Source: Deltaproteobacteria bacterium (GTDB lineage Bacteria > Myxococcota_A > Polyangia > JAAYKL01). Taken from it: DNA of 64,000 bases. The stretch spans positions 4,911-68,910 of the forward strand of contig JAFGWT010000327.1 of the NCBI GenBank assembly GCA_016937015.1, read 5' to 3'. This document shows, one piece after another, positions 30,201 through 39,439 of this stretch; position 1 is the stretch's first letter, and every line of letters starts with the position of its first letter. A model generated the notes under the pieces. It was not told the DNA's origin and ran no database searches. It worked only from the letters and a program-made list of their open reading frames with translations. The position numbers and the translations under genes were made by a program.

Positions 30201-32619
30201 CGGTGCCACGGTTTTCGCAACTGCATCCCCCGAGAAACACGGACTTCTAAGGGAAATCGGAGTGCATTATATATACAACTCTCGTTCGACCGCCTACTAC
30301 AGCGAAATTATGGCCGACACAAAAGGTGCGGGTATCAATGTGGTACTGAACTCCCTTTCCGGCAGTCATATTACCCAGAGTCTCAAGCTGCTTTCACCAA
30401 TGGGCAGATTTATCGAAATTGGTAAAAAAGATCTATACGCCGACAAACGAATTGGCATGCGTCTGCTCGCTGATAATATATCTTATCACGCACTTGATAT
30501 TGACCGACTTTTGTCTCAGGCGCCGCAGTTGATTTCAACGTTATTTAGTGACGCAGTTGATTTTCTCGAAAAAAACGGATGGCCAAACATCCCGGTTGTT
30601 CATATGCCATTTGAAAACGTTGCGAACGCCTTAACTCAAATGGCTGCCGGAAATCACGTGGGCAAAATCATTTTGGACAGTGGAATTGTTTCGGTACATC
30701 CCAAAGATAGCCTGATACTCAGAGATGATGCAACATATCTTATCGCAGGCGGAACCAGAGGACTCGGTCTTGCAACAGCAGAATTTTTAACGCAAAAAGG
30801 AGCACGCCATATTGCCCTGTTTTCTCGAAGCGGCCTCCACGGCCAGGAAGAAATTGACCGAGTGAAAGCGATGCAGGCGAATGGTATACAGGTAGAGACG
30901 TTCGCGGTTGATATTTGTGATCAGGATGCTGTGAACGACCTTGTGCATAAAGTTCATAATATCGGCAGACCGTTGGCGGGAATTGTCCAATCCACGCTGG
31001 TACTGGAAGATGCATTGCTGCATCAGATGACACCGGATCAAATGGTGGCCCCCTTGCGTCCAAAAATTGAAGGCACATGGAATCTGCATCGCGCCACCCA
31101 AAATATTTCGTTGGATTTCTTCATTTCATTTTCCTCTGTGTCTTCGCTGTATGGATTGCCCGGTCAGGGTAATTATGCTGCTGCCAACCGGTTTCTGGAT
31201 GACTTCTGCAGATACCGACGCGCATTGGGACTGACGGCATCGACGATAAATCTGGGGCCATTGGGGGAAACCGGGTTTGTTTCGAGAGAGGAAAAAATTC
31301 ACGATTACCTTGACCAAAGTGGCTGGCTGCCGCTCTCAAACAGCGAGGTGTTTCGAGCGCTCGAACGCGTCATACTGGAAGGCCATACCCAGACAGGTGT
31401 ATTTCGACTGGACTGGGCCAAATTGAACAACGCATTTCCGGCCCTCGCTGCGTCTCCAAGGTACCAAGCTGTTCGCAAACAGCTTGCAATTCAAGCTGAT
31501 AAAGGAGATGCGAGTAACATTAAACAGCAACTGACGTCAGCATCTGAAAAGGAAAGGCGCACACTTATTCATCAGATTCTCAAAGAAGCAATGGAAAAAA
31601 TACTTGGCATCGACAGGAACAAACTCGATTTTAAAACGCCAATAAACCGAATGGGAATGGATTCACTGATGTCCAATCAACTTCGCAGTGTTTTGACGCA
31701 GCAAACAGGCGTCGAGTTTTCACTGATGCAAATCATGCAGGGCCCAACACTAACGGACCTGGCCACCGAAATAGAGCATGGACTCAAACCGGTCACCACA
31801 GATAAAAATACTAAAAAGACGCCCAAAACCGTATGGTCCAGACCCATCATCCGGCGTCGCAAGGCATCCGTTCGCCTGTTTACCTTGCCGTATCTTGGGG
31901 CGGGCGCGTCGATATTTTCTGACTGGCGTTTATCGCCCGAAATAGAAGTATGCCCCATTCAGCTGCCAGGCCGTGAAGAACGCAGCAACGAGCCCCCAAT
32001 AAGCGTCGGCGAGAATCTGATAAGCGAAATGGCTGCCGGGATTGCACCACTGCTTGACAAACCTTTTGCCCTGTATGGCCACAGCTATGGCGGAAATCTG
32101 GCGATGAGCCTGGCATCATATCTGGATGGCAACCTCGGCAAACGGGCGGAGCATGTGTTCATTGGTGCGGCAATTCCCCCTGGTGTGGAGAATCCGCTTG
32201 AAAATGAGTTCAGGTTAACGGATACCGAAGACGCGCTGAAGCTTTCTGAAAACAGAATGAGGGCACTGCTTGAAAGAATTGGAACACCGCGAGAGCTGCT
32301 GGAAGATGCCCCCAGATTTGCAACCATGCTTCCAGCGTTGCGCGCTGATTTGGGCATTACCAGACAACGGCTGTTTACCAAAGACCATGTGCTGAAATCG
32401 CCAATTACTGCAATTGCAGGAACATCAGACCACCTTTATTCAGAGGAACTTATCGCTCACTGGCAGACTTTCACCACGCAGTTTGCTCTTCATACCGTTG
32501 AGGGGGGACATCTGTTTTTACATGAGCCAGTTGCCAAATCCCAGGTGTTGCAGCACATAAATGAAACGCTTGCTCCCTCATTCGCCGCAAATAGCGGATT
32601 GCCCAGGAAAACCGCATAA
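24256..32619 (+). CDS. Single-module type I PKS: KS-AT-DH-cMT-ER-KR-ACP-TE
   Basis: KS DTACSAS/HGTGT/KSNIGH; AT GHSIG, VPFHS; DH HRVQGPVVYP and LDASFQ; MT IEIGGGTGG, LHAT; ER LIHAGAGGVG; KR GGTRGLG, LED, YAAAN; ACP GMDSL; TE GHSYG and GGH. ATGA overlap with the GH3 gene. Confidence 0.96.
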   Translation: MKTLKGEKRTPIAICGIGCHFPGEADTPERFWNMLKDGTDAIGPVPRDRWNSDLLYDPNHKTRGKIHIKEGGFISRVDEFDASFFGISPHEAHSMDPSHRLLLEHTFMAFEDAGEPLNRIEGERVGVFVGTSSSEYGGIMQNFTERASINSHTNAGSSPAITANRISYVFDFHGPSFAVDTACSASLLAAHLACRSIWNGESSAAVVAGVNLMLKPELHIGFSTAGFLSPDARSKSFDASANGYVRSEGVGVLYLKPLDQAIADGNRIYATIIGSATNEDGRTNGIALPNPDAQIDVITMAYADAGIKPEMVTLVEAHGTGTAAGDPIECNSIGAVIGKDRNDTCLIGSVKSNIGHTELASGSAGLIKLALSLYHREAPPVVHFKTPNPKVDFNRLKIQVVDRHMPIPSRNGIIYAGINSFGFGGANVHLVMQSYSTPHTGTTVTHESFPLPLLLSARNDSALQQLAGAYKRILEADNVSLPELSKQAATRRSQLEIRAAVAATDRSDAIAKLSDMEKGISHPHVIKERPTLRQADKIAFVFSGQGPQWYAMGRELLKTDETFRDTIEEVNGHLKSLGWLERDNSSLLEELQLDEAESRIDKTEIVQPAIFALQVGLARIWKRLGVEPAMVTGHSIGEVAAAYVSGAISMADAVKVVFWRSRCQANAAGRGRMMAAGLTVNDAQPYLSRFDGKIDIAAVNGAAMLTLAGESEALEVLSQMLKDDKIFCRFLVVDVPFHSYLLDDVAEQFKSRAPQFKGADTQIPYYSTVFGCATAGAKINREYWARNIRDTVQFYPTIEKMIDDGATVFVEIGPHPILSHGIREALDAKRVSGVIVPSLRRKDSEKLTMTRSLAALHVNGVSLDWKYIFSRVADKNIQLPLYPWQREKFWIESNVAREARLSNHIHHHLRRKTVAADNTTDIIWEVELDARTAPYILDHRVQGPVVYPGAGHVDLAVAAGMASFNDAFGFIEDMEFMSPLFLKEDGAPNEVQIHIDTDDGQFTIASRDSQNHSSEWTLHSKGKLNYIGDRFDSTPVTLAVLKSRIEEPVELAPLFETLSNGGLDLGDTFRGIEALKRRDNEALGKIRIHPSIKPFMNQFKLHPALLDASFQSAFGIIEDHHNMGVYIPKKIGRIKFYTQPDGDFIYSYASAKKHEAEFILVDIWVFSENGTLVAEIQNFMGQYLKGSRGEVDGEIDNLFFSPHLRRSFRPSQLLNRHSEKTLTPLTDVRQAALAEIARVQSDAVFSPFFDELGPAMDDLAIGYIVRAFEKMGAPIVPGRRYDIEGLPTKLKIAQRHIRLFKYILQQLEERKIFIADGTTYTVASKITLPQPEAILRRATADLKPFSSELNFFKPVGESIAEVLTGSLDPTEVLFAESKWNDTIEYYSSAYSMNKYNRIAAAAIESLVRDAGNRSIRIIEIGGGTGGVTQAILPLLSQKNASYVFTDISPAFMEQAQKRFADFDFISYKTLNIEDPVEAQGQSEHSYDLVIAANALHATKNIQDTLKNVHGLLANNGVLCLLEATTVPFYVNIAFGMTEGWWRYNDDVRMSHCTMKRNDWINVLEQTGFADAVAMTDVEDGDFPQQSVVIARAAVQRPKIEPSPMPAKWIIFGDSKGTATQLISRIKNRGDEWTLVTSGSIAKSDAKRELFHLPGDLSSIRHLFDGIKETRVEIVFARPIDIGDIEDTEHFLTIRNEVLVEMTALSRILIEKGLRNVTLSIITEGVHNAMPNITQSAIWGIGRVMFNELSDNRIRLIDIATTDLQHIEQLWDELENGDSIDEEVILGSGQRFSIRLEPLSPQKRRSNSLKRENITGLGIRLNPNENGIIQQVYFAPYDGAPLSRDEVIIEVHHAGLNFRDVMVAGGALPKDAIDGGIFGNGLGLECAGIVLDTGSHVSHVKAGDRVMAISANAISGRAVAKSSFVRRIPQNVTMEMAASIPMAALTAYTALVHLGNIQPGSRVLIHAGAGGVGMYAIHFALSAGATVFATASPEKHGLLREIGVHYIYNSRSTAYYSEIMADTKGAGINVVLNSLSGSHITQSLKLLSPMGRFIEIGKKDLYADKRIGMRLLADNISYHALDIDRLLSQAPQLISTLFSDAVDFLEKNGWPNIPVVHMPFENVANALTQMAAGNHVGKIILDSGIVSVHPKDSLILRDDATYLIAGGTRGLGLATAEFLTQKGARHIALFSRSGLHGQEEIDRVKAMQANGIQVETFAVDICDQDAVNDLVHKVHNIGRPLAGIVQSTLVLEDALLHQMTPDQMVAPLRPKIEGTWNLHRATQNISLDFFISFSSVSSLYGLPGQGNYAAANRFLDDFCRYRRALGLTASTINLGPLGETGFVSREEKIHDYLDQSGWLPLSNSEVFRALERVILEGHTQTGVFRLDWAKLNNAFPALAASPRYQAVRKQLAIQADKGDASNIKQQLTSASEKERRTLIHQILKEAMEKILGIDRNKLDFKTPINRMGMDSLMSNQLRSVLTQQTGVEFSLMQIMQGPTLTDLATEIEHGLKPVTTDKNTKKTPKTVWSRPIIRRRKASVRLFTLPYLGAGASIFSDWRLSPEIEVCPIQLPGREERSNEPPISVGENLISEMAAGIAPLLDKPFALYGHSYGGNLAMSLASYLDGNLGKRAEHVFIGAAIPPGVENPLENEFRLTDTEDALKLSENRMRALLERIGTPRELLEDAPRFATMLPALRADLGITRQRLFTKDHVLKSPITAIAGTSDHLYSEELIAHWQTFTTQFALHTVEGGHLFLHEPVAKSQVLQHINETLAPSFAANSGLPRKTA

Positions 32620-32682
32620 ATTTTTCGCTGCGCCACATGCATCAAATTTGTGTTTTGTCCAGGATATGGGCGAAAATGACAA

Positions 32683-33381
32683 CTACAGTTCGAGTTTGTA
32701 ACCCAGTTGGCGAACCGTTTTTATGTGCGTTGGTTTGGAGGGATCCTTTTCAATTTTTTGCCGAAGCGACATGATAAAATTGTCAACCGTTCGCGTGGTA
32801 CCATCAAAATTCCAGCCCCAGACGCTACTGAGAATGGATTCGCGACTGAACGGCCGCCCAGGTGCTTTGGCGAGCAACAGCAGCAAATCGAATTCCTTTA
32901 AAGACAGGTCTATCGGATTACCACCAAGGGTTACCGACCGGTTCAACGGATCGATTCGCACTTCACCAAACGCAATGGCCGCATCGCTGCGGGCGAATCC
33001 CCGATGTCTTCGCAGCAGTGCCTCAATTCGCGCGAGCAGTTCCGGTAATTCAAAAGGTTTGGTCACGTAATCATCAGCGCCCAGTTCAAGACCCTCTATT
33101 TTGTTTTCCATCCTGTCGCGCGCTGACAGCAACAGCACCGGTGTATCGCGTGACTGTTCACGCAGCTCTGCCAAAATATCAAGGCCACTCCATCCAGGCA
33201 ACATGATGTCCAGCACAATGAGATCAGGTTTGCTATCGAATGCCATCTCCATGCCCTCGTCTCCATCGCACGCTGACAGTACTTTGTATCCCTGCAACTG
33301 CAGATTCATCACCAGACCTTCACGAACTGCGTTATCGTCTTCGATTACCAAAATCGTTTCATCTCTCATCGTCTTGTGCAC
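32683..33381 (-). CDS. OmpR/PhoB-family response regulator
   Basis: LVIEDD, LDIMLPG, GADDYVTKPF, winged helix RTVDNFIMSLRQKIE, TVRQLGYKL. Confidence 0.95.
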   Translation of the reverse strand: MHKTMRDETILVIEDDNAVREGLVMNLQLQGYKVLSACDGDEGMEMAFDSKPDLIVLDIMLPGWSGLDILAELREQSRDTPVLLLSARDRMENKIEGLELGADDYVTKPFELPELLARIEALLRRHRGFARSDAAIAFGEVRIDPLNRSVTLGGNPIDLSLKEFDLLLLLAKAPGRPFSRESILSSVWGWNFDGTTRTVDNFIMSLRQKIEKDPSKPTHIKTVRQLGYKLEL

Positions 33382-34333
33382 GGGATATTCCTTTCGAAGA
33401 TTTACTCACAGGCAGTTGAACAATAAATGTCGTGCCCTTCTGTGGCTCGCTGCGAACCAGAATACTTCCTTTGTGCAGCAAAACCTGATGTTTTACAATG
33501 GCAAGTCCCAATCCCGCACCTGAAGATTTTCCGCTCAATCTGGAGTCCACCCGATAAAACGGCTCGAAAATACGCTTTTCCTCGGTCTGGGGAAACCCAA
33601 TGCCATTATCTTCAACTTCGAGAATCACTTTGTCGTCACTGTCAAACAGACGAAGCTCAATTTTTTTTAGCCGACCTGTGTACTTATATGCATTGACCAG
33701 CAAATTAAGCACAATGGAATGTATCGACTGTTCATCATGGGTCACGAGCGATCTCGATCCTAGCCGAATGCTAAATTTCAGATCAGTTCCAGAGGTCATT
33801 CTTAAAAAGCGATCCACCGCAGCCTGAACTGTGACATCGATACGGTCGGTTTTCAGGTTGGGTGCAATTCTGTCCCGTGAGGCGGCGCGCCATGTAAGCA
33901 CCCGGTCGATCATCGCCTCCAGCCATTCGGTTTCCCTTAAAATTGTCTGAACGCTTTTTTGCACCAACTCGGGTTCATTCTCAAGCGCGCCCATCTCAAT
34001 GGTCTGGGCGTACATGCGAATCGAAGTCAGCGGGGTACGCAGCTCATGAGTCATATTGGCAACAAAATCTGCCTGCAGCCGCGCAATCCGATGCTTGCGA
34101 ATCAGCAGCACCGTCACCACCACACCTCCACCAATTGCCGCAGCAGCGAAACTTATTACCAATACCCCAAATAAAATCCACCATGAGCCCTTGCCGATGG
34201 AGATGGCAACAATACCTACGGACGTTGAAAGAATCACCGGCAAAAGCACGCCTACCGCTGTCGCCACAATCGCGCCTGTCAGACTCATGCTGTGACGGAT
34301 GCGCTTCTTTCGGGAGTAAGCGGTTTCGGGCAT
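33359..34333 (-). CDS. Membrane sensor histidine kinase with a minimal extracytoplasmic loop
   Basis: Two closely spaced TM helices, THELRTPL, NLLVNAYKY, DNGIG, GAGLGL. Confidence 0.93.
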   Translation of the reverse strand: MPETAYSRKKRIRHSMSLTGAIVATAVGVLLPVILSTSVGIVAISIGKGSWWILFGVLVISFAAAAIGGGVVVTVLLIRKHRIARLQADFVANMTHELRTPLTSIRMYAQTIEMGALENEPELVQKSVQTILRETEWLEAMIDRVLTWRAASRDRIAPNLKTDRIDVTVQAAVDRFLRMTSGTDLKFSIRLGSRSLVTHDEQSIHSIVLNLLVNAYKYTGRLKKIELRLFDSDDKVILEVEDNGIGFPQTEEKRIFEPFYRVDSRLSGKSSGAGLGLAIVKHQVLLHKGSILVRSEPQKGTTFIVQLPVSKSSKGISRAQDDER

Positions 34334-34339
34334 GGGAAA

Positions 34340-36178
34340 CTACAGCCGGATAAGCCGTCTTAGCAAAAACGCCAATGCAACCATTAGCGCCAATAATAAC
34401 CCGCTCCACGCCCCCGCGCCAGGATGCCCCACCACTTCACAGCCGCAATCGTCGGCAATATAGTCATCGGAACCGGACACATTCACCGTAACCGAAACCT
34501 CATCGCTGTTTAACTCACCACTCTTTGGCATACCGTTGGCGTCCAGGGCGACAACTTTCAGCCTTAAAACATATGAACCTTCCAGATGGGTTTCGTACGT
34601 GGCAGCCATGTCCACTATTTCGTCTTCATCCACTTGAGTATCGTCAGTTCCGGAAATGGCGCCACTTTTGGCATAGGTCCGATAATGATATTCATAGCCT
34701 GACGAACAGCTGACTTCGCCCGTGGCGTTGTGCAAATCGATCCCATCCGGATCGCCTTCTTCAAGCCGCCAATTGTACCGCAGTCGCTCGTTTTCTCTAT
34801 TGGCAAAAATACGCAACCGAACAGGGTCATCATCGGTCTTTGATGCAATCACCCTGGGTGAATACACCTTCAGGGCGGGATTCCCGATTTCAAGACAATT
34901 GGCCTCGTCATCGTTTACAACGAAACAATTGCCAAATGGATAACCGACTTTGCAGAAATCCCTGTCACAGGAATCACCCAGCCTGTCGCGATCAAGATCT
35001 TCCTGTGCCGTATTCTGCAGAAATCCAAGCAGATCCGCGTTTGACATGGTGGCTAGGAGCATCGTCGCTTTTTCCTGCGCACTCAAACTCTCAATGTCCA
35101 AATCGCTGATATTTCCAGCCTCGATGGCGCACGTTTCGGTGGTATTTGGGTTGGACGCCTTTAGCAAATGTAAGTTCTCAATATCTGCAACTATATCATT
35201 GAAAAACGCGCTGTATGTACAGTTGTCCTTGCTGTCGACAACATTGTCTCCATCCACGTCGCTGTCGCAGTCATCCCCCACCCCATCACCGTCCAGGTCG
35301 GTCTGAGACGGGTTAGCCACATACTGACAGTTATCCAGAGGCAGCAGCTCACCATTGACTACCTGAAAATTCAAAACGCTATCCTCATCGGAGTCACCCA
35401 AACATTGTAGCGACGTATGTACCGCATCACTCACGTATGCTGACACTGCGCTGTCAAAGGGGCAAAAATCCAATTCATTGACAACCCCATCGCCATCCAC
35501 ATCCGGATCACACGCATCGCCTTCGCCGTCTCCGTCCTGATCTTCCTGCCTGGGATTATAGGTTTTCGGGCAATTGTCCAGCACCTGCAGTACGGCGAAA
35601 TCCGTCTGGGTATCATCGGTTCCGGTATTGGCGACAGTATCAGCCTCCGTCGCTGTCCCGGTTTCCGATTCTGTCGACACGATCATCCCATCAGTCACTG
35701 TCTCTGTATCAGAAACGGTATCGACAACGCCTGCGCTTGTGTCTGACGTAGTGCCGCTATCCGATATATCGAAAACGACGACGGAATCGGTTGCTGTATC
35801 CAGAGCGTCACCGGCAACCAGGCCGCGGGGATTGAGGATCATATCGCCATCAATGTCGTCGTCACAGGCATCGCCGATCCCATCTCGATCCAAATCAGTC
35901 TGCGCCTGATTGCGGACCAGCGGGCAACTGTCGCACACATCACCCACACCGTCATCATCGTAGTCATCCATGTCGGGATTAAAAGATTGCGGGCAGTTGT
36001 CAACTGCGTCAAGCGCACCATCGTCATCCCAGTCATCCGCTACGGAATAGCCTGCTTCGTATCGATAGCACACAAACCCGGATGCAACGGCTGGCATAAA
36101 TGCAACCGAACTCACCAAAAAAGAAAACAATATAATATTATTGGAAACAATTGCACGAATCTTCATTATTACTCTCAC
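34340..36178 (-). CDS. Secreted thrombospondin type-3 repeat protein with MYXO-CTERM-like anchor
   Basis: Signal peptide; repeated DNCPxxxNPxQxDxDxDGxGDACD; C-terminal CGCEVVG...LLLALMVALAFLLRRLIRL. Confidence 0.9.
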   Translation of the reverse strand: MRVIMKIRAIVSNNIILFSFLVSSVAFMPAVASGFVCYRYEAGYSVADDWDDDGALDAVDNCPQSFNPDMDDYDDDGVGDVCDSCPLVRNQAQTDLDRDGIGDACDDDIDGDMILNPRGLVAGDALDTATDSVVVFDISDSGTTSDTSAGVVDTVSDTETVTDGMIVSTESETGTATEADTVANTGTDDTQTDFAVLQVLDNCPKTYNPRQEDQDGDGEGDACDPDVDGDGVVNELDFCPFDSAVSAYVSDAVHTSLQCLGDSDEDSVLNFQVVNGELLPLDNCQYVANPSQTDLDGDGVGDDCDSDVDGDNVVDSKDNCTYSAFFNDIVADIENLHLLKASNPNTTETCAIEAGNISDLDIESLSAQEKATMLLATMSNADLLGFLQNTAQEDLDRDRLGDSCDRDFCKVGYPFGNCFVVNDDEANCLEIGNPALKVYSPRVIASKTDDDPVRLRIFANRENERLRYNWRLEEGDPDGIDLHNATGEVSCSSGYEYHYRTYAKSGAISGTDDTQVDEDEIVDMAATYETHLEGSYVLRLKVVALDANGMPKSGELNSDEVSVTVNVSGSDDYIADDCGCEVVGHPGAGAWSGLLLALMVALAFLLRRLIRL

Positions 36179-36413
36179 TCCTCGGATTTTCCGCCGCCAT
36201 ACTAGAAGAAAAGGCGATTTAGGAAAAGAGATTAATGAGATAGTTGCAGTTCAGCGTTTTGCAGGGGAATGAAGCGCCCCAATTTACATCTGGGGATGAC
36301 TTGACAAATGCCATAAATTGGCCGTAATCATCAGTTGAATACACAGGCTCAACTAAACTGATGTGAACGGTAATAATCCCCGGACAACCATAAATTTGTA
36401 TTAAGGGAAAAAT

Positions 36414-37091
36414 ATGCATCTAAATGTGGATAAGGCAGTCGCTGTTTGTGTGCAATACTTTCTGAGGACCTTGATGAAACTTGAGCGGGAGCGGTATGGC
36501 TGGTCAACTAAAGAGGCTGCGTCCAAAGCAAAATGGTCCACGGATATTTGGAAGCAGCTGGAACTGCACGAGATGCCTATTGAACCTCATCACTGGATTA
36601 ATATCTGTGCGGTATTTGAACTCAATGACGAGCGATTGGCCCGGCGGATGGATGCATTCGTTCGCAAAAACCCGGTGATGCTTGTTGGAATGAGCGAGGA
36701 TGAAACCCTCGACATCTTCGAAAAGAAACTGACGTCGCCCAGGTTGCTTCAAAGTAAACGGGTTTTCACGTTGAGTCTGTCTCCGGTCCGCGAAGAGCTG
36801 TTTAACATACTGAGTCTGTATGTGGCCGATGCTGAATCGTTGATTGATATGGCCCAAAAAAAAGGATTTTATCTCAACACGCCTGAACCGCCTTTAAAAC
36901 CCAGCTTCCGTCTAAAAAATACTGATGAAAAACGGGAGGATCGACGAATTCGGCTGGCGAGATTCATCACCGAAAAAATTGACGACGGCAAACTGGAAGC
37001 AGTCGAAACAGCTCTAAAACTCATCGCAGGAGGCGAACAAGAGGAAATTTACCGGGCAGTGCAGGTGATTGCGCTGATGCTTAAATCTTAA
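36414..37091 (+). CDS. Hypothetical protein with N-terminal XRE-like HTH
   Basis: LMKLERERYGWSTKEAASKAKWSTDIWKQLE...ICAVFEL resembles Cro/C1 HTH spacing; 1-nt overlap with the next gene. Confidence 0.6.
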   Translation: MHLNVDKAVAVCVQYFLRTLMKLERERYGWSTKEAASKAKWSTDIWKQLELHEMPIEPHHWINICAVFELNDERLARRMDAFVRKNPVMLVGMSEDETLDIFEKKLTSPRLLQSKRVFTLSLSPVREELFNILSLYVADAESLIDMAQKKGFYLNTPEPPLKPSFRLKNTDEKREDRRIRLARFITEKIDDGKLEAVETALKLIAGGEQEEIYRAVQVIALMLKS

Positions 37092-39439
37092 TGAGATATA
37101 TCGCAGCGTCGCTATCTGTTCCCCTGTTTTGGGTGTGGCTTACCCTGACCGCAATTGCGTCCGTTTTCCTTTGCACCCTCCCAATGACCCAGGTCCTGGG
37201 ATTTGAATTTGCATTTATCATCGGTATTCCCATTTCGCTTGGCGCAGGTCATCTCGCGGCGGCATTGCCCTTTCGATGGCGTAAATCACTTCTCATCAAA
37301 GGGGAATCGTTCGCTGAAACCGCTCCCGTATCATTTAGTGGCCTTCTTGCCGGCGCTCTCCTCCCCCCCGTTGCAATGCTCCTGCTCTCGCTGCTGATTG
37401 TCATCACCAATCGAATTTTCATTCCGCCCTGCAACGATGCGCAGGGAATTCTTTTCTATTTGATGCTCCCAACTGTCTCCAGCCTTGCAGCCGCCATCAC
37501 CGGACTATTCATTGGCACACTGATTCCCCAAAAAAAAATTGGCATTATTGGCATTGCAGTTTGGTATATGCTCTGGACATTCTCCATTTTTCTCTCTGTA
37601 ATTGAATTATGGCGCACGCCAGCGGTTTTCAGTTTTGGGCCATTCATCGGTTACTGGCCTGGAGTCTGGTACGACAAATATATTTCTGTTACTCCGGCCT
37701 TTCTGTCATATCGTCTCTATAATGCCGTTGTGGCAGGGTGGCTGGTGATGGTGATGCGTTGTTTTTTTTACAGCAAAGAGATTCGACTACGGTTTCGTGT
37801 CCCGTCTCTTAAGGCTGCAGGCTGGCTTACGGGAGGGCTTTGCGTCATCGGAGTGTTTCTGCTTTCAAGTGACCAATTGGGTCATCGCACCAGCGCAAAT
37901 CGACTGAAAGCGGCTTTGGTACATCATATCCACAGTGACAATCTGGATATTTACTTTGACGCACGAATTCCGGACATGAAGCGACGGGAGCTGGCCACCG
38001 ACGCACAGTTCAGTCTGGCCATGATTAAACGTTTTTTTCAAATCAAATCTCACCCTTCACTTACCGTATACGTATTTTGGGATGCGGCACAGAAACACGC
38101 ATACATGGGGGCCCGTCATACTTCCGTTGCCAAACCATGGCTAAACGAAACCTACATTGTGCAGGAAAGTGCTCCACACTGGACGCTCCGCCACGAACTG
38201 GCACATCTGGTCGCCGCGGGTTTCGGCAGGGGGCCATTTCAAATTGCAACGGACCATACGGGACTCGTACCGATTCCAGCTCTGGTGGAAGGAATTGCCG
38301 TTGCAGCCACACCGGTTCAGGGGCCGCTGTCATTGCATCAAAGCGCCAAAGCTATGCGCGAACTGAATATTCTGCCGGATATCCCGCAGTTGATGGGCAT
38401 CGGATTTCTCAGTATGTATTCGCGCAGCGCATACACCACTGCCGGTTCCTTTTGTCTATACATTCACGATACCTTCGGCGCAACGGCGCTTAGACAGCTC
38501 TATGCAGGCGCCACCGCGAAAAGCGCAACCGGTCACAGCATGGCAACCATCGAGTTTAAATGGCATCAATTCCTGGACACTGTCACGGTTTCACAGGAAG
38601 ATCTTCAAATGGTCCGATATCAATTCGATCGCCCGTCGATTGTCCAGAGCCGATGTGCACGCGAAGTCGCACGTCTGCAAAAGAACGCCGCGGCGCAACA
38701 GGAAGCGTCTCAATGGCAAAAGGCTGCTGATTCTCTGTTGGATGCCCATCGGGTATCCGGCTATGCCACAGATACCGCGCTGGATCTGTTTTTTACCCGA
38801 ACAGTTTGCGATCCCAAAGCCGCGCGTGACCAAAGCCGGCAATTACTTAGGCAGAAACCGGGTATCCAACGTGAACTTCAAATTAACGAAGCATTAATCG
38901 ATATGCAGATTGGCACTGTGCCACTTGCCGAACTGGCAGTAAAATATCAGGCGATTCTAAATCAAACCAGCAATGTAGACGACAAACGTCGTATTTACGC
39001 CAAGTTCTTTTTCGCCCGGATGGCAACCCAAAATGCCGAGACGGCAGTGCGGTATTTGAACACGGTAACAAGTTCACGAAGACCAACTTCCACCCAAACC
39101 ATTTATGCATTAAATAATATCCGACGCTCTCTTCCTTACGAACCGCTGCCCGCATACCTTAGTGCACGAATCCTCTTTAGCGAAAGCGCCCATTTTGACG
39201 CGGCAGTGGAAATGAAACGCGCACTCAGTCAAAATATTGCACAAATCGCACCCATGTTTTATGCACAGGCAAGATTCACTCTTGGCCGTTCATACCTGCA
39301 TCTGGGGCAGAACAATCGCGCTGCACAACAGTTTGGTCTTATAAAAATAGAGCACTTCAATGAAGCGGGCTATGTGGCCCTGGCTGAGGACTTTTACCAG
39401 CGCGCACTATGGCAAAACCGCCAAAATTCAACTCTCTGA
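37091..39439 (+). CDS. Polytopic membrane protein with gluzincin (peptidase MA-like) domain and TPR-like C-terminus
   Basis: About 7 TM segments, LRHELAH, downstream [19 protein letters not shown], helical TPR-like tail. Confidence 0.75.
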   Translation: MRYIAASLSVPLFWVWLTLTAIASVFLCTLPMTQVLGFEFAFIIGIPISLGAGHLAAALPFRWRKSLLIKGESFAETAPVSFSGLLAGALLPPVAMLLLSLLIVITNRIFIPPCNDAQGILFYLMLPTVSSLAAAITGLFIGTLIPQKKIGIIGIAVWYMLWTFSIFLSVIELWRTPAVFSFGPFIGYWPGVWYDKYISVTPAFLSYRLYNAVVAGWLVMVMRCFFYSKEIRLRFRVPSLKAAGWLTGGLCVIGVFLLSSDQLGHRTSANRLKAALVHHIHSDNLDIYFDARIPDMKRRELATDAQFSLAMIKRFFQIKSHPSLTVYVFWDAAQKHAYMGARHTSVAKPWLNETYIVQESAPHWTLRHELAHLVAAGFGRGPFQIATDHTGLVPIPALVEGIAVAATPVQGPLSLHQSAKAMRELNILPDIPQLMGIGFLSMYSRSAYTTAGSFCLYIHDTFGATALRQLYAGATAKSATGHSMATIEFKWHQFLDTVTVSQEDLQMVRYQFDRPSIVQSRCAREVARLQKNAAAQQEASQWQKAADSLLDAHRVSGYATDTALDLFFTRTVCDPKAARDQSRQLLRQKPGIQRELQINEALIDMQIGTVPLAELAVKYQAILNQTSNVDDKRRIYAKFFFARMATQNAETAVRYLNTVTSSRRPTSTQTIYALNNIRRSLPYEPLPAYLSARILFSESAHFDAAVEMKRALSQNIAQIAPMFYAQARFTLGRSYLHLGQNNRAAQQFGLIKIEHFNEAGYVALAEDFYQRALWQNRQNSTL

